Source of the DNA: an uncultured Gammaproteobacteria bacterium
Lineage (GTDB): Bacteria; Patescibacteriota; Microgenomatia; UBA10105; UBA927
Length of the DNA: 64,000 bases
Reading direction: 5' to 3'
Assembly (NCBI GenBank): GCA_964629685.1
Contig: CAZVTT010000002.1
Span: 51,468-115,467, forward strand
Part shown: piece by piece, positions 39,815 through 48,749 of the stretch
How the letters are laid out: the number at the start of each line of letters is the position of its first letter
How positions within the stretch are numbered: the first letter of the stretch is position 1
Notes under the pieces: model-generated
Told to the model about the DNA's origin: nothing
Database searches by the model: none
The model's input: the letters and a program-made list of their open reading frames with translations, nothing else
Program-made: the position numbers and the translations under genes

Positions 39815-40792
39815 TTAGTATACAGCCTTTACGTTGGTGTAATTTATGGTTTCTTCGGCTATATTGGCGATATAACTCCTGATCCGTTCTATGCTGTCCT
39901 CAATCATAATATTCAGTGCGGATTTGGATACGCTTTTTATGGACATGTATTCGTTCTTTGGATGTGATTCATAGAGGTCCAAAACCTGATGGGCTTTTCG
40001 TTTATCTGTAGACGCCACAGTAGCTTTCAGCAGTGAAAAATATTCATCGAGCTTAGTCAGATTCGCGTGTTCAAATTTATTGAGCTGAATCTTTTCATTC
40101 TCCTTTAATAACAGAATAGTAGAAGCGATCCGGACCATATGGTCTGCCATACGTTCCAGACGAATTGCTACATGTTCATAATAATGTAGATCAAGAAGGG
40201 GTAGGTCTGCCGGTTGCTCCTGAACAATGGAATAGAGCATACGGTTAAACTGCCTTAGCATCATCAGATGAATACGGTCAACTTCCACATCACGTTCGAC
40301 GACGTCTTTGGCAAGTCTTTTATCCTGATGTTCGACAACATGTGTAACATCCTGATACATGGAGTAAACCAGTTCAGCCATTTTCATACAATACTCGGGA
40401 GCTGTTATGCGGGTACTGGCTACATTTTTCATGACAATTTGTTGCGAGGTCTGTTCAAATAGTTCAAAGCCGAATAGTTTATATGAGGTGGCACGTACAA
40501 ACGCCCGTTGTTCATACGTTATTGCTCTGGCTTGTACTACTATTTCTTCCACTCCCGATACAAACATGCCGATTATTTCCCGAAGTACGTGCGTATTACT
40601 TAAATAATCAATCGTGATAACGGCCCGGGCGGGATCTTTACTTTTCCGCGATCGGATGAGCAATTGTCCGCCGGGAAGCGTATCAATATTTACGATTCCT
40701 TTATCTTCCAGCTGATGGTGTAGTATCCATTCTTTTGGCAGGGTTACTATGTAGCTGGAACCTCCGGTCTTTTGTATACAGCGTGTTTCCAT
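39815..40792 (-). CDS. PhoU-domain regulator with N-terminal SpoVT/AbrB-like swapped-hairpin domain (archaeal-type phosphate uptake regulator, COG0704-like)
   Basis: N-terminal GGSSYIVTLPKEWILHHQLEDKGIVNI then two helical PhoU-like repeats. Family call from pattern memory. Confidence 0.55.
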   Translation of the reverse strand: METRCIQKTGGSSYIVTLPKEWILHHQLEDKGIVNIDTLPGGQLLIRSRKSKDPARAVITIDYLSNTHVLREIIGMFVSGVEEIVVQARAITYEQRAFVRATSYKLFGFELFEQTSQQIVMKNVASTRITAPEYCMKMAELVYSMYQDVTHVVEHQDKRLAKDVVERDVEVDRIHLMMLRQFNRMLYSIVQEQPADLPLLDLHYYEHVAIRLERMADHMVRIASTILLLKENEKIQLNKFEHANLTKLDEYFSLLKATVASTDKRKAHQVLDLYESHPKNEYMSIKSVSKSALNIMIEDSIERIRSYIANIAEETINYTNVKAVY

Positions 40793-40986
40793 ATGGTTAT
40801 CTCTGTAGATCTATAGATGACTATATAGTTGCGAATTTAGATCTTTAAGACAAGACAATTCCTTCATTACGATCAATAATCTTATAGTATTTATCTTATT
40901 TTGTCTGCGGTAATGATTATTTAGCATAAATATATATTAACAATTAAATATATAGATATCATAACGTAAAGAGAAAGTACAGTCCT

Positions 40987-43900
40987 ATGCCTGTAGAAAG
41001 ACAATTTACTCCGGAACAAGTAAGACCTGATATTGCCACACCCCGTATTCAGGAACACTTTACGGCGTTAAGCCTAGTCCCTCCGGAAACGCCGATTGAA
41101 CGGGGTGATTTATTTACTGCAGTCACCGATACATTGCAGGTCCCGGTGAATACGTTGCAACTCCTCGAACCGTTGTGGGATAAAGCAGTTCAGGAACGGG
41201 GACGATTGGCAGATGAAACCTTTCGAAATGAATTTGTGGCTGATTTCCTGACGGAATGGACGGATGCCGTGCTGAGTGCACCGGATATTACCGTTTCCGA
41301 TAAAGCCGTTCGACTGTTTCATCATCTATCAGTTCCCGAGGATACAGGTGAACGGATTTTGGAAGTGTTGCGGAAGCCGGGAACGATTCACAAACGGAAA
41401 ACGCAGATATTGGAAGATGTTTCCCTGGTTGCTGCAGCCGTTGCGGAAAGTCAGGAACTCTCATTGCCTGTTGCACATGCATTCACGGAAATTTGCCTAC
41501 AAGTACGGCCGTTGTTGGGTCGTAAAAAAAAGGTACAGCTTGAACATGCGGTCGCGACAGTTATAGATTCATTGCGCGAAAACGCCCCGTATCAGTCAGC
41601 TGCGGTATATATGGCTTTACACGATGGCATGTACGCCCAAGACCAACAGGGAGACGTGCAGGTTGGGAAGAAAATAAACGTCCGGCGGATTTCCCGTCAA
41701 ACTCAGTTTTTACCGTACTTACTGCAAACACTTCCGCAGCGTGAATTTGACCGGGTAGGACAAGTTGTTCGGACAGCACTAACGGATAGTAAGGGTGTAA
41801 CCGCGGCAGAACTACAGGTACTCGATTCGTCACTGGCGGATATTCCACCACGCGTATTTCGGGAAATGATGGATTCGTTCACACAAACCGGCTACGTAAA
41901 GAAGAACGGCAACGAGAAGTATTCATTGACGAGTACGGGTAAGCTGCGTGATCATCTTGGATTCGAAGAAATAAACCGTGTGCAGGTAGCAAGGGAAATG
42001 CAGGATAGCGGTGCCGTAACCGGAAAAACCATAAAAAGTATACAGGATATCGTTTCCATATACCGGCACAATCGGGAAGAAATAAAGGTTTCCGAACGCC
42101 AGGTAACTGTGAGTGGAAGCGGTTACCGTATGCTGTACCTTTCCGAATTACCCATCGGAAATAAAGATGTGGATATAGAATTGGCGGCCCGGATCGTAGA
42201 TTACTATCACAGACTTCCTGCGGATCAGCGTCCTGACGTGATTGTTATCTCCGGATTACTGCAGGGAGGTTTTCAACATCGGGACAAAAACAGAAGGGGT
42301 GCTTTGGCCATTAAAAGCGTAGATGAACAGTTACAGGCTGCTCATGTATTTATGACGCACCTGCAGACCATAGGCGTGCCTATTCTTTACAACATGAGTA
42401 ATGATGATTTTGAAATTTGTCATAATTATGCACTGGAGGCAGTCCGTATGGTGGGGGCTGCTGCCGCACCGCAGTCAGACACGGATAAATCATTTATCAG
42501 TTATTGGAATATTGACCGGTTAAAGCAGACGCGTGAGTGGGATATTCATTTAAGTTTCCAGCTAAATGTCGCGTTTCCCTATATGTTGCGGTTGGGTAGA
42601 CGATTACGGTCTGCAGATGAAGTGGCGGAATTTACCGACGGTAAGCTACGGAGAGAAGAATATTTACTCCTATACGAAGCATATCGTGCCGGTGTGCGGG
42701 GTGAGCACGTCACTGCAGAACAGTTCGGCGGCGTAGTTGATTTGGGAGCGCTACCTTTTGAAGGCAGGATATTTCCGTTTGATATTGTTGATGACGTTGA
42801 TCTCACGGTAAAAACGGATAATCAAACATATGTGCACTACATTAAGCATAATTTTAATTTCGGGGATAAACCTATGTATCAAAACCCCACAGCTGCGATG
42901 GAAGCCAGCGTGGGTCAGCTTTCGGCCAGAGGTGAAACGGTACCCAATGTATTTACCATTCAGCATCAATTGCAGGGATTAGCACTGAGTACCGGAGAAT
43001 CCTGGGTGATTTCTACCCCAGGATTTCTCCGACCCGATATCCGGCAACGTGCAGCGGTGGCAAATATTCAAGGCGAGCCGATTCACCGGACGTTAAAAAC
43101 CAGAAGGTTGGAGCCGACACCCGGTGCGTTTACTGCAGAACAAACGGATGACGGTCGGACTATATTTCATGTTCTTACCGATAAATTTCTGGATAAAGCC
43201 ACAATAGAGTCGGACCGGTCTACGGTCGTATATTTTAACGACTGGCAAACGGGTTCCATGACGGCACAATCTGATTTACAGGCGAAGCTAATAGATATTG
43301 TGGCACACGAATTGTTACCAACCAGACCGGTATACCTAAATCTGATTGGCGATATGATTCAGGGAAGAAATTATCCCGGAATGGAATTGGAAAATAAAGC
43401 GTTGGGATTAGTTGAAATAGACGATCAGGCCAGATTTGTAACCGAAATGCTTTCATTGGGCCTGGCTGATGTATCTGCCGCAAACGTGGCAAATTTAAAA
43501 CGGGTAGGAATATTACCCGGTAATCATGAATGGAATTCTCAGTATGTAAAAACCGGAGCAGTCCATACCGGATATCTCTATGATTTCTTCAGATATTATT
43601 ATCAACTCCACGGCATTACGCCAAATGCCAAAAATTTACAATTCTACCGGCAATTACAGGCTGACCGGGATCATGTAAAGGCCTGGACCGGAATGGAAAC
43701 GGTTGCCGGATACGGTATGTTATCCCAGCATATTATTATCGAAAAAGGAGCTAAAGGAAATTCGGCTGGCGCGCCGGTATATCAGGCGCAAAATTTATTT
43801 ACCGGAGTCGGCTCCCTGGTTGAATCCGTAGACACGATGGTTGCCGGTCATTGGCATCATGGGCAGTTGGCTTTATTTAACGGAAAAGTCGCTACCATTG

Positions 43901-44211
43901 CCCCGGCTCTCGCCGGTTTATCCGGCTACGAATGGTTACGCGGATATCGTCCGCAATTGGGCGCACTGTTCATTCATCTGGGCGGGGGACGTGTGCCGGC
44001 GTTCGAATACCTCAGTGCGCAGGCGTTATACCGACATAGGATGCAGGGAAAATATTTTTCTGAGGAGCATCTCCGGTCACTAGGATTTAAAGATGATCGT
44101 CATTATGATCCGGCCAAGCATGGATTCATGTCGCGAAAGAGTGGGTTACAAAAGGCGTTATGGGATCTGAAAGATCATATTATCGGTGATTCCCATGCGA
44201 TTATTGCGTAA
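40987..44211 (+). CDS. large (1074-aa) uncharacterised protein with a C-terminal calcineurin-like metallophosphoesterase domain
   Basis: LIGDMIQGRNYPG (GDxxxxG), ILPGNHEWN (GNHE), VAGHWHHGQ (GHxHH). Degenerate earlier copy (DVIVISGLLQGG ... VPILYNMSNDDFEI). wHTH-like FTQTGYVKKNGNEKYSLTSTGKL. No signal peptide. Confidence 0.6.
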   Translation: MPVERQFTPEQVRPDIATPRIQEHFTALSLVPPETPIERGDLFTAVTDTLQVPVNTLQLLEPLWDKAVQERGRLADETFRNEFVADFLTEWTDAVLSAPDITVSDKAVRLFHHLSVPEDTGERILEVLRKPGTIHKRKTQILEDVSLVAAAVAESQELSLPVAHAFTEICLQVRPLLGRKKKVQLEHAVATVIDSLRENAPYQSAAVYMALHDGMYAQDQQGDVQVGKKINVRRISRQTQFLPYLLQTLPQREFDRVGQVVRTALTDSKGVTAAELQVLDSSLADIPPRVFREMMDSFTQTGYVKKNGNEKYSLTSTGKLRDHLGFEEINRVQVAREMQDSGAVTGKTIKSIQDIVSIYRHNREEIKVSERQVTVSGSGYRMLYLSELPIGNKDVDIELAARIVDYYHRLPADQRPDVIVISGLLQGGFQHRDKNRRGALAIKSVDEQLQAAHVFMTHLQTIGVPILYNMSNDDFEICHNYALEAVRMVGAAAAPQSDTDKSFISYWNIDRLKQTREWDIHLSFQLNVAFPYMLRLGRRLRSADEVAEFTDGKLRREEYLLLYEAYRAGVRGEHVTAEQFGGVVDLGALPFEGRIFPFDIVDDVDLTVKTDNQTYVHYIKHNFNFGDKPMYQNPTAAMEASVGQLSARGETVPNVFTIQHQLQGLALSTGESWVISTPGFLRPDIRQRAAVANIQGEPIHRTLKTRRLEPTPGAFTAEQTDDGRTIFHVLTDKFLDKATIESDRSTVVYFNDWQTGSMTAQSDLQAKLIDIVAHELLPTRPVYLNLIGDMIQGRNYPGMELENKALGLVEIDDQARFVTEMLSLGLADVSAANVANLKRVGILPGNHEWNSQYVKTGAVHTGYLYDFFRYYYQLHGITPNAKNLQFYRQLQADRDHVKAWTGMETVAGYGMLSQHIIIEKGAKGNSAGAPVYQAQNLFTGVGSLVESVDTMVAGHWHHGQLALFNGKVATIAPALAGLSGYEWLRGYRPQLGALFIHLGGGRVPAFEYLSAQALYRHRMQGKYFSEEHLRSLGFKDDRHYDPAKHGFMSRKSGLQKALWDLKDHIIGDSHAIIA

Positions 44212-44232
44212 TGCGGTGCCGGGAGGTAATTC

Positions 44233-44493
44233 ATGCGTATGTTTAGAAGAATAGTTGTTCAATCCCTATCTTTTGAAGACCAGCTGAGATATCGGTTGAA
44301 ACCTTATCTGGAAGCAAAATTAATAGAAGATTGGATTTTCCGGATGCAGGAACAATTGAAAATTATCCGGCGTGATCCAAACTGGTGGCCCAAAGGAGAA
44401 TTAGATTACAAATTATTTATTCTGGAACTGGTATCGGATGTTATCGCAGTTAACCGAGCTATGCAAAAAGGAAAGGAGGTGATTAGTCAATGA
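44233..44493 (+). CDS. small protein, paralog A of a tandem WWP-motif pair
   Basis: 86 aa; DPNWWPKGELDYKLFILELVSDVIAV; RBS gggaggtaattcATG. Confidence 0.55.
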   Translation: MRMFRRIVVQSLSFEDQLRYRLKPYLEAKLIEDWIFRMQEQLKIIRRDPNWWPKGELDYKLFILELVSDVIAVNRAMQKGKEVISQ

Positions 44494-44747
44494 ATGTATC
44501 TCCGTTGTATACGACAAATGCCTTTGAACAGGCAATGGTCAGTAATCTTACGCCGCAATTCGGTAGGAGATTAGTGCATACCTGGATATGCGAGTTGCGG
44601 GCAAATATGGTGGGTATGCATAAAGGTACTGACTGGTGGCCACGGGATGTCGAAGCGTTTACGATGTTTGTCTTGGATATTCTTACTCAGGTAGTACCGT
44701 CGTATTCCCTTTATTCCCGGGTGGGTATAAACCCGGCGGTGGAATAG
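44490..44747 (+). CDS. small protein, paralog B of the tandem WWP-motif pair
   Basis: 85 aa; GTDWWPRDVEAFTMFVLDILTQVV; start overlaps paralog A's stop by 4 nt (ATGA). Confidence 0.55.
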   Translation: MNVSPLYTTNAFEQAMVSNLTPQFGRRLVHTWICELRANMVGMHKGTDWWPRDVEAFTMFVLDILTQVVPSYSLYSRVGINPAVE

Positions 44748-44804
44748 TTAATATTGTAATCTACCGTACAAAGGCCTCATAATACGGTAAAGGGGGAAAT
44801 TATT

Positions 44805-45227
44805 ATGGAAGTTCAGGTTAATTTTTTGGCAATCTTACTTGCCGGCATCGTATCTATGGCCGTGGGATTTTTTTGGTATAGCCCTATGGTATTGGGAAAG
44901 CCATGGATGAAGTTGAAGGGGTATACCGCCGACTCATTAAAAAAAGCCCAGAAGGAAATGGGAAAACTATATGGCGTAAGTTTTGTCGTTAGTTTGATTA
45001 CGGCTTACGTGCTTTCTCATGTCATGACGCTTTCTGTTGCATTTTTTCATTATGGAAAGTTGGAAACAGGACTGATTACCGCGTTTTGGATGTGGCTGGG
45101 ATTTATGATGCCGGTACAACTGACAGCAACTATTTTCGGTGACAAAAAATGGAAACTGTTGGCAATAGACAGCGGATATCAGTTGGCATCCGTACTTCTG
45201 ATGGGGGTCGTGCTGGGGTTACTGTAA
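44805..45227 (+). CDS. DUF1761-like small membrane protein
   Basis: NFLAILLAGIVSMAVGFFWYSPMVLGKPWMKLKG pattern; 4 TM helices. Confidence 0.55.
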   Translation: MEVQVNFLAILLAGIVSMAVGFFWYSPMVLGKPWMKLKGYTADSLKKAQKEMGKLYGVSFVVSLITAYVLSHVMTLSVAFFHYGKLETGLITAFWMWLGFMMPVQLTATIFGDKKWKLLAIDSGYQLASVLLMGVVLGLL

Positions 45228-45307
45228 CATAGGGTTTTCAGTTCATTCTCGGCAATATATAATACAAATCCATTCAGGTGGATTGGTGTTACTCGTCGGA
45301 TTTCACC

Positions 45308-46366
45308 ATGAACAAAAAATTATTCCCCATTGTTATAAGTAGTCTTATTCTCGGTTTCGGTATTGTTGCGTTTGTATCTCAATTCCCCCAAAGTACTCCT
45401 CAAGTGTCTCCGTTGCCGGAAGAGACGGAGGTAGCGGAAAATCAGGGTGGTCCCGCGCTAGTGCCCCATGCATTATCGATAGAATCCTTGCGGAATGGGG
45501 AGTATCCCGGCAGCGATATTACTATAGAAAATACTCTTGCTCCCGGTTCCAATTACCAACGCTATCTGACATCGTATAAATCTGAAGGACTTAAAATATA
45601 CGCGTTATTAACCGTGCCGAACGGTACGCCTCCCGCAGGCGGCTGGCCGGCGATTGTATTTAATCATGGATATATTCCGCCGACACAGTACAGGACAACG
45701 GAGCGGTATATTGCGTATACCGATGGATTTTCCCGCAACGGATACGTACTCATCCGTCCGGATTACCGGGGACATGGAAATTCGGAAGGTCGAGCCTCGG
45801 GCGGATACGGTTCGAACGACTATACCGTAGACGTTCTGAACGCACTTGCCAGTATAAAAAAATATACAAACGTAAATCCCGAAAATATAGGTATGTGGGG
45901 TCACTCTATGGGTGGGCATATTACCCTGCGGTCGATGGTAGTTTCTAAAGACATAAAAGCCGGTGTTATTTGGGCTGGAGTAGTGGCTTCGTACCCTGAT
46001 TTGCTTTCCAAATGGCGCAGGCAAAACAATAATCTTACTCCGTTTCCTACTACGTCAAATCGCGGGGGGTGGCGACAGGGTTTACTTGCGGAGTTCGGTA
46101 CGCCTGAAGCGAATCCCGCATTTTGGAATTCAATTTCCTCTAATTCGTATCTGGCCGATATTTCCGGTCCGTTACAGTTACATCACGGGACAGCAGATCA
46201 TTCCGTACCGCACGAATTTTCGGAAATCTTGGCGGATCAGATGAAACAGGCAGGGAAGGTTGCAGAACTGTATATTTACCCCGGGGATGAACACGATATA
46301 CCCAATAATTTCAGTGTGGCCATGTCCCGTTCGATTGCGTTCTTCGATACGTTCTTAAAGCAGTAA
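45308..46366 (+). CDS. alpha/beta hydrolase, paralog of 28233-29297
   Basis: GMWGHSMGGH; shared blocks LLTVPxGxxPAGGxPAIVFxHGYIxP and YRGHGNSEG. Confidence 0.75.
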   Translation: MNKKLFPIVISSLILGFGIVAFVSQFPQSTPQVSPLPEETEVAENQGGPALVPHALSIESLRNGEYPGSDITIENTLAPGSNYQRYLTSYKSEGLKIYALLTVPNGTPPAGGWPAIVFNHGYIPPTQYRTTERYIAYTDGFSRNGYVLIRPDYRGHGNSEGRASGGYGSNDYTVDVLNALASIKKYTNVNPENIGMWGHSMGGHITLRSMVVSKDIKAGVIWAGVVASYPDLLSKWRRQNNNLTPFPTTSNRGGWRQGLLAEFGTPEANPAFWNSISSNSYLADISGPLQLHHGTADHSVPHEFSEILADQMKQAGKVAELYIYPGDEHDIPNNFSVAMSRSIAFFDTFLKQ

Positions 46367-46489
46367 CGGTGTAAACTAAATTACAATATTTTTCCTGTAC
46401 GTGTGATACAGGAAGAGTATCACAACGTGTAGCCGCAGTTTTTCCCAATGAAAATTTTTTCTAAAGACCAAATATTAACAGGGGCATCC

Positions 46490-46594
46490 ATGTTAATTCT
46501 GTTTGTAACTGCCATGGTGAACTGGACCATTTACTCGTGGTTTATACTGGTCGCGATTATTCTTTTATTGTTCGCCTGGTATTCCAGGAAGTAA
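46490..46594 (+). CDS. candidate 34-aa hydrophobic peptide (MLILFVTAMVNWTIYSWFILVAIILLLFAWYSRK)
   Basis: Single predicted TM helix; weak RBS; lies in a 240-bp intergenic region. Confidence 0.2.
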   Translation: MLILFVTAMVNWTIYSWFILVAIILLLFAWYSRK

Positions 46595-46608
46595 AAAAGC
46601 AAGATCGT

Positions 46609-46995
46609 TTATTTGTGGGGATTTAGTACGTACGTGGCTATGGCTTTCTGAACGGCTTCCAGGTTTGATCCCTTTTTAAATTCTTTCATTATCGGTTGTT
46701 CATGTCCGCGGATCCATATTTTTAATTCCGAATCCAAATCAAAATGTCCGGCGGTTTCGGTGCTGAAGTGACTAATATCGCTGTAGGGGATGGAGTGGTA
46801 TTCAATTTTTTTACCGGTTACACCTTGTTTGTCTATCAGAATAAGCCGCTTATCGGTAAAAATAAACAGGTCACGGATAAGTTTAAATGCTTTTTCCGCC
46901 TTTTCATTTTCGATCAATAAATGGGAGAGCTCTTCTTCAAGCTCTTTTACATCTATTTCGCTGGCGTTTCCGAGTAGTCCCGATAAAAATCCCAT
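46609..46995 (-). CDS. bacterial PH-domain protein (YokE/bPH_2-like)
   Basis: 128 aa; FIFTDKRLILIDKQGVTGKKIEYHSIPYSDISHF pattern. Confidence 0.65.
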   Translation of the reverse strand: MGFLSGLLGNASEIDVKELEEELSHLLIENEKAEKAFKLIRDLFIFTDKRLILIDKQGVTGKKIEYHSIPYSDISHFSTETAGHFDLDSELKIWIRGHEQPIMKEFKKGSNLEAVQKAIATYVLNPHK

Positions 46996-47028
46996 ATGGT
47001 TAGTATAAACGAAAAATCGGTAAAACGA

Positions 47029-47067
47029 GATAAGCGGATCAGGGTTGTCGGGCTTGACCCGCTTATC
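47029..47067 (-). terminator. 9-bp-stem hairpin (gataagcgg...ccgcttatc) between lemA and the PH-domain gene
   Basis: Inverted repeat seen directly; flanked by T-rich sequence on both strands. Confidence 0.4.
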
Positions 47068-47108
47068 TTTTAGGTTACTTCAGTGGATGGAAACAAGACG
47101 GTTGCTGA

Positions 47109-47792
47109 TTACTGCGACGGAACAGCCGCAGTCAGGGCATCAAGCGCATCCTGCGTCAGAATCAGGTTGGTCAGCCGGAGCGCACGGGACGACGGGTCGG
47201 TCAGGGGCTGGAAATTCATCCCTGCCAACCAAGGCGATACCGGCGAAACGCGGTAGCTGTTGAACGCATCTACCGTCGTATCGTAGTTGCGGGTCGCTGT
47301 TGCCGCAAAATGCAGTACGATGTCGAGATTGCGGACGGCATCCAGAAATTCAGGCGACTGGGCGAGTTCCGGGACGGCGGTGTTGCCGGTCAGGAAACTG
47401 TGAGCGTTCCGCTTGTAGGTGTCGAGCGCCGAGAACATGGTCGCCGGTACTTGCGGGCTGGTGTCCCATGCCGATCTCCATGTATCGTAGGTGCGGTTGA
47501 ATGTCGTCACGGCACTGTTATCGGCGGGCGCAAGCTGATCTACCAGCGATTTCACTTGCTCGACGGCATCGGGAACCGGAACCATCATGGCACTGTACGC
47601 CGCCGCCGCATTGTTCGCATCGGTTTGCATGGTAGCAAGCGTACTGTTCGCGCCGGGAAGTCCGACGAGGGTAAGCACCACGCCCACGACGAGCGCGATG
47701 AACAGGAACTTGTTGCGCCGGCTCAGACGCAAAAAGAGATTCAGAAAGACGTTGCCGCCAGTCTGACCGGTGGGTTTGGTAGTAGCTGTCAT
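47109..47792 (-). CDS. lemA: LemA-family protein
   Basis: N-terminal TM; C-terminal RNYDTTVDAFNSYRVSPVSPWLAGMNFQP matches the LemA signature (RYNxAVxxYNxxIxxFPxxxxAGxxGFxP). The gene is markedly GC-richer than its neighbours. Confidence 0.8.
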   Translation of the reverse strand: MTATTKPTGQTGGNVFLNLFLRLSRRNKFLFIALVVGVVLTLVGLPGANSTLATMQTDANNAAAAYSAMMVPVPDAVEQVKSLVDQLAPADNSAVTTFNRTYDTWRSAWDTSPQVPATMFSALDTYKRNAHSFLTGNTAVPELAQSPEFLDAVRNLDIVLHFAATATRNYDTTVDAFNSYRVSPVSPWLAGMNFQPLTDPSSRALRLTNLILTQDALDALTAAVPSQ

Positions 47793-48095
47793 GATCGTTA
47801 CTCCATATCACTAACTCTTCGGATAGTTCTGCAGCGATTCTTGGATGGGTTTGTTTCTCCTTTCGTATTGAAGACGTAATAGTTAAGACTTCAGAAAATC
47901 TGAACTATTACGCCTTCAACGGATAAGGACCACTGAAGTTGTTAAAGTACAAAGTATAGTTTTACTGTACACAGCTTGCTGTGTAGGTAAAATATAATAA
48001 TTGCTATAGGGCAATTGACCGCATTATAGGCGTGCAGGGGTGAAGTAGCAAATTATTATTTCGGGGCTTTACAAACAGGAGTAGAATTGGGGTAT

Positions 48096-48656
48096 ATGAA
48101 TTTGAAATTGGTATCGTTACTGTTGCTGGTGGTGGTCTTAATGGTCCTGGGTACATTCGGTATCGGATTTATGACGTCACGGCTCATTGCAGCGCAGCGA
48201 ATCGGGAAGACACCTGCTCCTACCGGTATACAAGAAAATACTGACTTGCGAAAGCAGCGAGTGCCGAACATTGGTCTCACATTGTCCATTCCCGCCGGAT
48301 TATCGTACCGGGAAGAGCTGGCCGATGACTACGGAAAAATCCGAACTATGGCATTTTATCTGGAAAATGCCGATCAGTCGAAAATTCCTTATCAGCTTTA
48401 TGCGTTGTACCAGGCAAATACGTCTGCGACGCAGGCGGATTTAGTTAAGGCAAAATCAGAAATGGATCCCACAACAATTAAAGACATTTCCATTGCGGGA
48501 TTTCCGGGAATAGAAGGAGTAATAACCGGACCGAAGGCGCGGTACATTTCAATAATTATCAAAGACGGACAATTGTTTTCCGTATCCACTACACCTGTAA
48601 CGGCGGAAAGCAAAAAGCGTACCGACGATATACTATCCACTTTTCGCTTCGAATAA
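48096..48656 (+). CDS. hypothetical membrane-anchored protein
   Basis: N-terminal TM LVSLLLLVVVLMVLGTFGIGFM; ~165-aa soluble domain. Confidence 0.5.
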   Translation: MNLKLVSLLLLVVVLMVLGTFGIGFMTSRLIAAQRIGKTPAPTGIQENTDLRKQRVPNIGLTLSIPAGLSYREELADDYGKIRTMAFYLENADQSKIPYQLYALYQANTSATQADLVKAKSEMDPTTIKDISIAGFPGIEGVITGPKARYISIIIKDGQLFSVSTTPVTAESKKRTDDILSTFRFE

Positions 48657-48749
48657 ACAGAGTTGCGGAATCTTGCAAACTTCTTACCGTATTTTTATTG
48701 GAACATTACCCTTGGTCGTTACGATGGATATGGAAAGGAGGTGATACGC

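Noticed and set aside
47310-47879. 189-aa + strand ORF and 97-aa minus ORF 47518-47811 inside the lemA region
   Set aside because: They are antisense to or out of frame with the well-supported LemA gene. They arise because the GC-rich islet has few stop codons. Their composition is Arg/Gly/Cys-rich junk.
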